NCBI GenBank assembly: GCA_001799795.1
Contig: MGUD01000019.1
Coordinates: 1 to 54,283, forward strand
DNA length: 54,283 nucleotides
Reading direction: 5' to 3'
Source of the DNA: Elusimicrobia bacterium GWC2_61_19
GTDB taxonomy: Bacteria; Elusimicrobiota; Elusimicrobia; Elusimicrobiales; UBA9959
Under the pieces are notes generated by a model. It was given only the letters and a program-made list of their open reading frames with translations, was not told where the DNA came from and ran no database searches. Positions 44,066 to 52,481 of this stretch are shown piece by piece. Position numbers and translations under genes: made by a program. The first letter of the stretch is position 1; every line of letters begins with the position of its first letter.

Positions 44066-45300
44066 TATCCGAGGTCAGGGCGCACCCGCTGGCGCTGTTC
44101 GCGGACTTCCGCCGGCTTTTCGCCGGGCGGGTGATCTCCGCCGTGGGCGACAAGTTCTTCGCTATCGCCATCGCCTGGTGGGTGTTGACCGAGGCCGGCG
44201 CTAATTCCAAGTTCCACCTGGGCCTGATCATGGCCGTGAACGTGCTGCCGGTGGTGGTGTTCGGGCCGCTGCTGGGCACGCTGTCAGACCGGTCCGATAA
44301 AAGGCGCGTGATGCTGGCCGCCGACGCCGCGCGGGCCCTGCTGGTGCTGGCGCTGGCCGTCCTGCTCTGGAACGGCCGTCTCAATCTTTACTGGCTCTAC
44401 TCCATTTGTTTTCTTATCTCGGGTTTCGGGCCGCTGTTCGAATCCGCCGTGGCGGCCTCCATCCTGCGCCTGACCTCGCCGGAAAAAATGCCGCAGGCCG
44501 TAGCCGCCGATTCCTCGGTGCTGCAGTTGTCCAATGTGATAGGCTCGGCGCTGGGCAGCGTGCTGATGGCGGCGGCCGGCGTGGCCGGCGCCTTTCTCTT
44601 CAATGCCGCCGGTTACATGGCCTCTTTCGCCGCCGTGTTCGGGATAAAGACCGGGCTTCAGCCGGAGGAGAAAGTGGAGAGTTCCTTCGTGGCGGAGTTC
44701 AAGGAGGGGCTGGCTTATACTTTCGGCAATAAACCGCTGCTGGCTTTGATCCTGTCTTTCGCTACCTTTAATTTCTTCGTTTCGCCGATACTTATTCTTA
44801 TCCCCATGATAGTGAAGTTCACGCTGAAAGAGTCCGTCACCTGGCTGGCGGTCTTCGAGGCTTTCTTCGCGCTGGGGTCGGCCGCGCTGGCCGTGGGGCT
44901 GAGTTTTAAGAAGTCTTACGGCAATATTTACGGCTGGCTGTTCGGTTCGCTGCTGCTGGTGGGGCTGTCTTTCGGCGGGCTATATTTTACGGCCGATAAA
45001 TACGCGGCCTGCGCGCTGCTCTTTGCCGCGGGGGCGGCGCTGGGCGGCGGCAATACCGTCGCCATTACGCTGTTCCAGGCCACGGTGCCGGACGCTATGA
45101 AGGGGCGGTTCTTTTCGGTGCTGACCACGCTGGCTTACGCGGTGATGCCGCTCTCCTTTATGGCGAACGGGCTGCTGGCGGAGAAATTCTCGGTCGGTTT
45201 CTGCCTGGCGTTCAACGCGCTGGCCGTGCTGGCGCTTTCCTGCGTGGTGCTGGTGATCCCGCGAGTGGGAGGGGACGCTGATTCCTTGATTCCTAATTAA
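44053..45300 (+). CDS. MFS transporter (macrolide/enterobactin efflux-like)
   Basis: 12-TM pattern; GTLSDRSDKRR motif A; QATVPDAMKGRFFS. Confidence 0.9.
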   Translation: MQAIISEVRAHPLALFADFRRLFAGRVISAVGDKFFAIAIAWWVLTEAGANSKFHLGLIMAVNVLPVVVFGPLLGTLSDRSDKRRVMLAADAARALLVLALAVLLWNGRLNLYWLYSICFLISGFGPLFESAVAASILRLTSPEKMPQAVAADSSVLQLSNVIGSALGSVLMAAAGVAGAFLFNAAGYMASFAAVFGIKTGLQPEEKVESSFVAEFKEGLAYTFGNKPLLALILSFATFNFFVSPILILIPMIVKFTLKESVTWLAVFEAFFALGSAALAVGLSFKKSYGNIYGWLFGSLLLVGLSFGGLYFTADKYAACALLFAAGAALGGGNTVAITLFQATVPDAMKGRFFSVLTTLAYAVMPLSFMANGLLAEKFSVGFCLAFNALAVLALSCVVLVIPRVGGDADSLIPN

Positions 45301-46407
45301 GAGTTGTTTGCTTTAGTTGAGGGGGAAAGACATGAAAAAAGGGTAAAAATACCCCGACACAAGGGTGTCGGGATCGTCTGCTATGCTATTCTCGAGAGAA
45401 AAAGGGGGGCTTATGCCAAGGCAAGCGAGAATAGATGTTCCGGGCCGGATGTATCACGTAATGTCGCGCGGTATTGAGCGGCGCGCAATATTTCTTGACG
45501 AACAGGATTATGCCGATTTCCGGGAGCGTATCACCGTATGGCTGAATAAATCCGGCGGAAAATGCCTGGCTTGGTGCCTGATGCCGAATCATTTTCATCT
45601 CTTGGTGTTAAGGGGCGCGCGCCCGCTTTCCGAAATGATGCACCACGCGATGACCGGCTACGCGGTCAATTTCAACTTGAGGCACCGCCGCGCCGGGCAC
45701 CTGTTCCAAAATAGATATAAGTCTATAATCTGCGACTTGGAGGAATATCTTTTGGAGTTGGTCCCCTACATACATCTTAATCCCCTGCGTGCCAAACTTG
45801 TCAAAGATCTGGCTGACCTTAAAAATTATAAATGGTGCGGGCATTCCGCCGTGGTCTCTGGCTTCCCGGACGGGATATTAGACCGAAGAGAACTCCTGGG
45901 CCACTTCGGGGAAGCGGAAGCGCGTGCGCTTGATAAATACAACGAGGTAATGGCGGAGAAGGCCGCTGAAACTGCGCGGGATCTTTCCGGGGGTGGGCTG
46001 GCGCGCAGTTTTGGTGGGGTAAGCACCGCCATAGGATCATTCCCGGCGGATGAAAAAGTGTTTTCCGATCTGCGGGTTCTCGGTGGAAGCGGTTTTGTGG
46101 AGGCTGTGTTGAAAGCCGCCGGAGAAGTTATGGAGATAGGGGAGAAAAACCGCGCCGAAATCATGGGGGAAGTCGAAAATATGACAGGGATAGCAAGGGC
46201 TGATATTCTCAGGCGTAGCCGTGAAAGAGGGCCTGCGGGTGCCCGCGCTGTGTACTGCTATCGGTGTAAAGAGGAGGCCGGGGCTTCTGGCAGTGAATTG
46301 AAGAGGGAGCTGAAAATTAGTCAGGGCGCGGTTTCAAAACTGGTGGCAAAAGGAAGAACCCTGATGGAAGGATATGAAAATTAGGAAACAATTCATCAGC
46401 GTCCCCT
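45270..46407. mobile_element. IS-like element: RAYT-type transposase bounded by 29-bp imperfect terminal inverted repeats
   Basis: Left AGGGGACGCTGATTCCTTGATTCCTAATT (45270-45298) vs reverse complement of 46379-46407 AGGGGACGCTGATGAATTGTTTCCTAATT, 25/29 identical. Confidence 0.8.
45413..46384 (+). CDS. REP-associated tyrosine transposase (HUH Y1) with C-terminal HTH
   Basis: MPRQAR, YHVMSRG, CLMPNHFHLL (HUH), GHLFQNRY, YIHLNP, YKW; HTH tail. Confidence 0.92.
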   Translation: MPRQARIDVPGRMYHVMSRGIERRAIFLDEQDYADFRERITVWLNKSGGKCLAWCLMPNHFHLLVLRGARPLSEMMHHAMTGYAVNFNLRHRRAGHLFQNRYKSIICDLEEYLLELVPYIHLNPLRAKLVKDLADLKNYKWCGHSAVVSGFPDGILDRRELLGHFGEAEARALDKYNEVMAEKAAETARDLSGGGLARSFGGVSTAIGSFPADEKVFSDLRVLGGSGFVEAVLKAAGEVMEIGEKNRAEIMGEVENMTGIARADILRRSRERGPAGARAVYCYRCKEEAGASGSELKRELKISQGAVSKLVAKGRTLMEGYEN

Positions 46408-47608
46408 AGATCTTAACGATGCGCGTGCCGGCGATGATGTCGTGCCAGGTGCGCTTGTCCTTTTCCCAGAGGGCCCAGGCGTAGCCCAGCCCGGCCGCCC
46501 CGAACGAAACCAGCGAGAAGAAAGAGCGCAGGAAGGCCTTGTCGGCCGGGACAGGCATCCCGGCGGCGTCTTCTACCGCCTTGAGCTTCAGTACCATCAT
46601 GCCGGGGGTGGCTCCGAAGCGCCAGATCATTATGGCGCAATAGAGCGCCCAGATGAACATCTTCAGCGGTACGCGTTTCTTATCCGTGTCGCCGGTGGCA
46701 AAGCCGACCGAGGTCCGCTTTGAATATTTACCGTCCGGCCGGCCGGGCTCGTTCACTTTGACGCCGTTCTTGTCTATGGAGACCACTTCCCCGTTGTCGC
46801 CCTTTATGGTTATGGAGCCGGATTTTATATCCACCTTGCCCGCGGGGATGTTCCTGACTTCAGGCTTATCGGACGCTTCCAGCTTGGTTTCTACCTTAGC
46901 GTTGGGGCCGCAGGCCTGCAGCCCGAGGATGTTCATCGCTATCGCGAAAATGCAGATATCCACCAGCAGCGAGGTGAAGCGGCGCCAGAACCCGGCGCGC
47001 GTTCGGCCCGGCAGCGTTTGTCCGGCGGCGGGCGCCGCCGCGGTCTGCTCTGCGGCCACGGCGGCAACGCCCGCGGGCTGGGCGCCTACGGGGGTTTCGC
47101 GCAGCACGCGGAAGACCTTGATCTTTTCGGGGATGCCTTTGAACTGGCGGTAGCCGATCTCGCTGGACGGCACCTCTTTCTTGTTCATCGCCAGGTAGAC
47201 CGATTCGGTAAAGAAGACCTCGCCCGGTTCGGCGATGCTCTCCAGGCGGGAGGTTATATTGACGGCGTCGCCGTAGATGTCGCCGTCGTCGTGGATGGCG
47301 ACCTCGCCGGCGTTGATAGCGATGCGGATCTCGATCTTTTCGTCCTGGGGCTTGTCGGCGTTATGGCTTCTCAGGACGGTCTGGACCTCCACGCCGCAGA
47401 GCACGGCGTCGGTGGGGCTGTTGAAGGCCACCAGGAAGGCGTCGCCAATGGTCTTAACGAGGCGGCCGTGGAATTTTTCAATTACGGGCAGCACCAGTTC
47501 GCGGTGCTTGGTCAGCAGCTCCTGGGTTTCGGCCCGCGAGAAGCTGGCGGTCTTCGACGTGAAGCCCTTTATGTCCGTGAGCATTATTGTGATGTGTCTG
47601 GTTTCCAT
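46406..47608 (-). CDS. Class III adenylate cyclase fused to an RDD membrane domain
   Basis: TDIKGFT, VKTIGDA, GDIYGDAVNITSRLE; RDD motifs AGFWRRF...D, TPG, WHDIIAGTRIV. Confidence 0.88.
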   Translation of the reverse strand: METRHITIMLTDIKGFTSKTASFSRAETQELLTKHRELVLPVIEKFHGRLVKTIGDAFLVAFNSPTDAVLCGVEVQTVLRSHNADKPQDEKIEIRIAINAGEVAIHDDGDIYGDAVNITSRLESIAEPGEVFFTESVYLAMNKKEVPSSEIGYRQFKGIPEKIKVFRVLRETPVGAQPAGVAAVAAEQTAAAPAAGQTLPGRTRAGFWRRFTSLLVDICIFAIAMNILGLQACGPNAKVETKLEASDKPEVRNIPAGKVDIKSGSITIKGDNGEVVSIDKNGVKVNEPGRPDGKYSKRTSVGFATGDTDKKRVPLKMFIWALYCAIMIWRFGATPGMMVLKLKAVEDAAGMPVPADKAFLRSFFSLVSFGAAGLGYAWALWEKDKRTWHDIIAGTRIVKI

Positions 47609-47638
47609 GTTCCTGGATCCTTTAGCGGTCCGTTCTCT

Positions 47639-48394
47639 CTACGCCGGGTTGGGTATATCTATGAATTCGGTTTTAACTTTGAATTTCTTCTCAAGGAGGC
47701 CGGCCAGGGCCAGTACGCCCGGTTTCTCCGTGTTGTAATGCCCGGCGGCTATGAAGTTGGCGCGGCTTTCGCGGGCGTACTCCTGCGCGGGTTCGGAGAC
47801 CTCGCCGGTGATATAGAGGTCCAGGCCGGCGGCCACCGCCTGGTCGAACATGCGCGCCGCGCCGCCGCTGACCACGCCGGCTGTCCTGATCTTTTCCTTG
47901 CCGAAGCGGAAGCAGAGCGGTTCGGCGTCCAGCTTTATCGCCAGCGCCGCGGCGATATCGCCGATCGTCAGCGCCTTGGGGAAGGTGCCGGAGAAGCCTA
48001 TGGTTTCTCCGTCGTAAGTGCCGAAGGGCTTAAGGTTCTTCGCTCCCAGCATCCCGAGGAGCCGGGCGTTGTTGCCGCAGACCGGGTGCTTGTCCAGGGG
48101 CAGGTGCCAGGCGCAGAGCGAGAGGCCGCCCTTCATCAGGGCTTCCAGTTTGCGTTTGAAGGGGCCCGTGAAGGGCTGGGACCGGCCCCAGAGCAGGCCG
48201 TGGTGGACTATGAGCATGTCGGCGCCGCAGGCTGCGGCGCGTTTAATGCACTCCAGTGAGGCGGAGACCCCGAAGGTGATCTTTTTTACTTCGGCGGCCC
48301 CTTCGTACTGCAGACCGTTCTGAGAGGAGTCTTTTGTCCTGTCAGATCCCAGATATGAATTGATGAAAGCGACCAGCTTATCTCTGTCCGCCAT
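47639..48394 (-). CDS. Nif3-like dinuclear metal centre protein (YbgI family)
   Basis: NGLQ, VHHG, HLPLD, ITGE, AGHYNTE, NPA; start taken at MADRDK. Confidence 0.93.
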   Translation of the reverse strand: MADRDKLVAFINSYLGSDRTKDSSQNGLQYEGAAEVKKITFGVSASLECIKRAAACGADMLIVHHGLLWGRSQPFTGPFKRKLEALMKGGLSLCAWHLPLDKHPVCGNNARLLGMLGAKNLKPFGTYDGETIGFSGTFPKALTIGDIAAALAIKLDAEPLCFRFGKEKIRTAGVVSGGAARMFDQAVAAGLDLYITGEVSEPAQEYARESRANFIAAGHYNTEKPGVLALAGLLEKKFKVKTEFIDIPNPA

Positions 48395-48414
48395 AGTGCC
48401 CCCTGTCGCCGCGA

Positions 48415-50094
48415 TTATTTTCTGCCCGGCCGCACGGCGTAGATATAGCCGTTGGAAATGTCGGCCGCGATGTAGTCGGTGATGGTGAAAGTCTTCGCGT
48501 CCTGCGGCGCCAGCAGCAGCGCCGCGTAACCCCACAGGAGCGGGTTGCCTTTCAGGACCGTCCGCGGTACGGTTACGGTGATGGCGCCGCCCTCGGTCCT
48601 GGGTTTGAAAGTGCCGGCAGGCAGTGGGCCTTTGGCCGTAACGTTATAAAGGACGGCCCGTTCCGGGGTTATCTCGAGGGCGTATTCCCAGGCGTTGTCC
48701 GGGAAAAGCCGCAGGGGCCTGCCCTCCAGCGGGCGCGACATGCCGGCGCGCGGACGGTGATTGATGTCGATATAAAGGTCCAGCCTTATGTGGCCGAAGC
48801 CCGACGGATTGCGGCCGAGGTTCTCCAGTTCGGCGGGGGAGAAGCTGAAAGCTATATTTTCCGGGTCGGCCGCCACCCGCATGGAGGCGAGCTTCCAGAT
48901 CTTGTACGGGTCGGCGTTCTTCGACAGCCGTATCGCCGCGGACGGCACTTCCGGTTTGCGCGTGACGTTGGTTATTTTGAAACCGCCGTCGCCGACGGTG
49001 ACCGCCAGTTTGTCCGTGGTTTCGGCCACGGCGGCCGCTTCGGCCAGGCTCGAGAAGATCCAGGGCGGCGGGGTCTTCTGCATCAGCCGGTAGGCGTTGC
49101 CGAGCGAATTCTGTATTTCTATCTCGGTTTCACCGGCCTGGTCGGCGCCGGCGGCGCCCAGGCCTTTCAGCTTGCCGCCCTCTTCGGCGGAGAAGTATTC
49201 TTCAAAGGCGGCGGCGGCGGGCTTGTAATTGCCCTGGAAAGAGTTCAGGTGCAGCATCAGGTCCGCCCTGGTCTTGGTAAAGGCCGCCAGCGCGCCGGCC
49301 TGCGCCGGTGCGGACGCCCAGGCCGTATAGTCGCCGCTCCAGGGCGCCGCCAGGGCGGAGATCTCGGCGGGGGCCGCCTGCGTGGAGAAGACCAGCTTCA
49401 GGGCCTCGGACACCGTGAGCCTTTTTTGCGGGGCGGCGGCGGCCAGTTCCGCCGCCAGCGCGGCGCGCAGCGCGGCGGGGTCCTCTTCGGCGGTCTCGTC
49501 GAAGACCGTAAAGACCGGGCCCTGCCCCGCGGGCGCGGCCGTGGAGAACCTGACAAAAGGTACGGCGTAAACCCCGTTCGCTTCAAGGACCGCGGCGGCC
49601 GTGGAGGCCAGCGGGCCGGTGGCCAGCCACTTCAGGCCCATGGCGCGGGCCAGCGGGAAATAGTCGGCGGCCAGGCCCCCCGGCGGGTTAACGAAGCCGG
49701 CCGGGATCTTTTTTGTGCTTTTAAGGGCTTCCTCCCTGGCAAGGCCCAGGCGCAGGGTGAGGAAATAGGGGTCGTTGGTCAGCGTCGCGGTGGAGGGTTT
49801 GCCGGCCCACTTTACGTCTACGGAGGCGGGCGAATAGAGCAGCGGCAGCGGCGGGTCCCCGGCGGGCCGCAGGGCCAGCTCCAGGCGGCCGTCCGCCGCC
49901 AGCTTGGAGACGCGCGCTTCTATATCTTTTGGCAGTTCGGTGAAAGCCGCCGTGAGCCGCAGGTCGGGGTTGTTCTCCAGAAGGATTATTATTTCGGAGG
50001 CCGCCTGCCTGCCGGCGGGTATCCAGAGGATGGCCTGCTGCGCCGACAGATTGACCGAGAGGGCGAGCAGTAACGCGGCTGTGAATTTAAACAT
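48415..50094 (-). CDS. Secreted protein with degenerate GH57-like region and C-terminal glucodextranase/DOMON-like domain
   Basis: Signal peptide; PPLPLL, WSGDYTAW; NPSGFG..LDLYID, WEYAL resemble amylopullulanase accessory domains. Confidence 0.5.
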   Translation of the reverse strand: MFKFTAALLLALSVNLSAQQAILWIPAGRQAASEIIILLENNPDLRLTAAFTELPKDIEARVSKLAADGRLELALRPAGDPPLPLLYSPASVDVKWAGKPSTATLTNDPYFLTLRLGLAREEALKSTKKIPAGFVNPPGGLAADYFPLARAMGLKWLATGPLASTAAAVLEANGVYAVPFVRFSTAAPAGQGPVFTVFDETAEEDPAALRAALAAELAAAAPQKRLTVSEALKLVFSTQAAPAEISALAAPWSGDYTAWASAPAQAGALAAFTKTRADLMLHLNSFQGNYKPAAAAFEEYFSAEEGGKLKGLGAAGADQAGETEIEIQNSLGNAYRLMQKTPPPWIFSSLAEAAAVAETTDKLAVTVGDGGFKITNVTRKPEVPSAAIRLSKNADPYKIWKLASMRVAADPENIAFSFSPAELENLGRNPSGFGHIRLDLYIDINHRPRAGMSRPLEGRPLRLFPDNAWEYALEITPERAVLYNVTAKGPLPAGTFKPRTEGGAITVTVPRTVLKGNPLLWGYAALLLAPQDAKTFTITDYIAADISNGYIYAVRPGRK

Positions 50095-50095
50095 G

Positions 50096-50560
50096 TTATT
50101 TCACCGTCAGCAGGGAAACCTTGCGGCCCGCTTCCAGGTCGGTGTCGGGGTTAAGCGGGTCCAGCACATCCTGCCCGTCGATGCGGCAGATGTACCTGTA
50201 TTTTCCCGGCGGCAGCGGTATCATGGCTTCCCAGCGGTTGCCTTCTTTTTTCTTCAGGACCAGCGCTTCGGGGTTCCATTTATTGAAGTCGCCGGCCACT
50301 TTCACTTCTTTGGCGCCGGCCACCTTTACAGAGAATTTAACGAAGCGCAGTTCCGGCTGCGGCATTTCTCCGGGCCGCCCGCCGCGCTGGCGGGTGGGGG
50401 GGAGCACGCCGGAGCGCGTCGGTTTCACCACCGCCACGTTCCAATGGCCCACGAAACCGAAATAGGTCTTAATGGCGTTATTGAACAGCACGCTGGGGAC
50501 GCTTACCAGCGCGAAAGCGACGAAAGCAAGCGCCATGAGGACGGCTTTGCGCTCTATCAC
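50096..50560 (-). CDS. Membrane-anchored CBM48 / AMPK-type glycogen-binding protein
   Basis: AKEVKVAGDFNKW, LPPGKYRY...IDG...DPLNP. Confidence 0.85.
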   Translation of the reverse strand: MIERKAVLMALAFVAFALVSVPSVLFNNAIKTYFGFVGHWNVAVVKPTRSGVLPPTRQRGGRPGEMPQPELRFVKFSVKVAGAKEVKVAGDFNKWNPEALVLKKKEGNRWEAMIPLPPGKYRYICRIDGQDVLDPLNPDTDLEAGRKVSLLTVK

Positions 50561-51210
50561 CCGGCCTCCTCTTCGTCGAGGCGCGGCCGCACGCGCGGTT
50601 CGGCGCCGAGTTTTTCCGCCAGGGTCTTAAAATTCCCTATGTCCACGCCGTTGCCTTCCACCGCGGTCGCGTAAGCTTCCGGCAGCAGGAGGGAGGCCTC
50701 CCTGATGAATTCTTTTACCTTTTCGAAGCCGGTGGCGGCCCAGGGCGCCATAGGACGCATAAGTTCGGCCCACTGGGCCGGGTCGGAGGTGTTGAGGCTG
50801 ACGTGCACGGAGTCTATAAGACCCTTCATCTCCGGCACCACGTTGCGGCCCCAGACGGCGTTGGCCAGCCCGTTGGTATTCAGGCGCACGCGCATGGAGG
50901 GCGGGATCGGCGCGGCTTTGCCGTGTTTTATCAGGCGCGCCGTCGCCAGCAGCGCCTCCAGCCGCATGGTGGGTTCCCCGTAGCCGCAGAAAACGAATTC
51001 TTCGAAAGGCGCCGCCGTCCATTCCTTCCTGGCCAGGGCGATTATTTCGGCCGGCGAAGGTTCCGTGCCGGCGAGGTTCAGGTTGCTGCCGCGGTAATCC
51101 ATCTTCCACGAGTTCTTTACGCAGAAAACGCAGGCCGTCGGGCAGCGGTTGGTGAGGTTGACGTAGAGCCCGCTTTTGTAGCGGTAAACTATGGTTGGGG
51201 AGGCGTCCAT
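50557..51210 (-). CDS. TatD-associated radical SAM protein
   Basis: LYVNLTNRCPTACVFC, VFCGYGEP, RLNTNG, VSLN. Confidence 0.88.
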   Translation of the reverse strand: MDASPTIVYRYKSGLYVNLTNRCPTACVFCVKNSWKMDYRGSNLNLAGTEPSPAEIIALARKEWTAAPFEEFVFCGYGEPTMRLEALLATARLIKHGKAAPIPPSMRVRLNTNGLANAVWGRNVVPEMKGLIDSVHVSLNTSDPAQWAELMRPMAPWAATGFEKVKEFIREASLLLPEAYATAVEGNGVDIGNFKTLAEKLGAEPRVRPRLDEEEAG

Positions 51211-51277
51211 GGAGATAAAGACTGTCCTTTCTGTATCCGACCTCGCAATCGTTCCTTCTTTATTCTATCATTTAGGG

Positions 51278-52390
51278 ATGAAGATTTTGATAGCCCCCAA
51301 CGCTTTCAAGGGCACGCTTACGGCCGCCGGCGCCGCCCTGGCCGCGGCGCGCGGCGCGCGCAAAGCCGCGCCGGGGGCCGGCATAAGGACGCTGCCCATC
51401 GCCGACGGGGGCGACGGCCTGCTGGACGCGCTGCGCCCCGCGCTGGGCGGGACGCTGGTGAGAAGCCGCGTGGAAGGGCCGCTCGGCGCGCGCGTTACGG
51501 CGCGGTGGCTGCTGGCGGGCCGGGTCGCCGTTATAGAGATGGCCGAGGCCTCCGGCCTTAAGCTTTTGCCCGTTTCCCGGCTGCGCCCGCTGGACGCCTC
51601 CACCCGCGGCGTCGGGCAGCTCATAGCTTTAGCCGCGGCGCGCGGCGCCCGTGAAATAATAGTGGGGCTCGGCGGCAGCGCCTCCAACGACGGTGGGGCC
51701 GGCTGCGCGGCGGCTTTCGGGTTTCTGCTTAACGATAAAAAAGGAACGGCCGTCGCCCGCGGGGCCCGCGGCCTGGCCGCCGTCCGTGAAATCCTCCCCG
51801 GCGCCGGGGCGGGCCGCCTTAAGGGGCTGCGGGTGGAGGGACTGGCCGACGTGAAGAATCCCCTGCTGGGGCGCGACGGCTCGGCGCGGGTCTTCGGCCC
51901 GCAGAAAGGCGCCGGTCCGGCCGAGGTCAGGTTCATGGAGGCCGCCCTGCGCAATTACGCCGCGGCGGTAAAGAAGTTCTCGGGCAGGGACGTCGCGCGG
52001 CTCCCGGGCGGGGCCGCGGCGGGCGGGTTAGGGGCCGGGCTGGCGGCTTTTTTCGGCGCCGAACTGCGCGACGGCTCGGCTTTTGTCCTGGAGCGGCTTG
52101 GTTTCGAGCGGGAATTGGCCCGGGCCGACCTGCTTATCACGGGGGAAGGTTGTTTCGACCGGCAGACATTTTACGGCAAGGCGCCCGGAGCGGCCATCGC
52201 CGCCGCCCGCCGGCTGGGCAAGCCGGTTATCGTGGTCTGCGGCCGGTCCCTGCTGAAGGACCAAAGAGCTTTGACCCGTCTGGGGGTGGCGGGTGTGATA
52301 GAGACCGGGGCCGCCCCCTCCCCGGCCGCGGCCGTCAGGCTGGCCGTGGAACGCGCGCTGCCGGCCATTCTCCAGCGGCTGATCATTTGA
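51278..52390 (+). CDS. Glycerate kinase
   Basis: APNAFKG, ADGGDG, EMAEASG, GLGGSASNDGG, FGPQKG, ITGEG. Confidence 0.95.
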   Translation: MKILIAPNAFKGTLTAAGAALAAARGARKAAPGAGIRTLPIADGGDGLLDALRPALGGTLVRSRVEGPLGARVTARWLLAGRVAVIEMAEASGLKLLPVSRLRPLDASTRGVGQLIALAAARGAREIIVGLGGSASNDGGAGCAAAFGFLLNDKKGTAVARGARGLAAVREILPGAGAGRLKGLRVEGLADVKNPLLGRDGSARVFGPQKGAGPAEVRFMEAALRNYAAAVKKFSGRDVARLPGGAAAGGLGAGLAAFFGAELRDGSAFVLERLGFERELARADLLITGEGCFDRQTFYGKAPGAAIAAARRLGKPVIVVCGRSLLKDQRALTRLGVAGVIETGAAPSPAAAVRLAVERALPAILQRLII

Positions 52391-52481
52391 GTTGCCTCTT
52401 TAATTTTAATAATATATATATTCTTGATGGAAAGGCGGCGAAAGCCGCCGCCACGGTTTTGGCTTTTTAAGAGAGGTACAA

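Noticed and set aside
50557-51210. Second radical SAM gene as another RiPP maturase
   Set aside because: Short TatD-associated type with no SPASM or RRE domain and no adjacent peptide.
52391-52481. AT-rich patch with a GGCGGC-GAAA-GCCGCC hairpin as an ncRNA
   Set aside because: A single 6-bp hairpin, adequately explained as promoter/UTR or terminator sequence.
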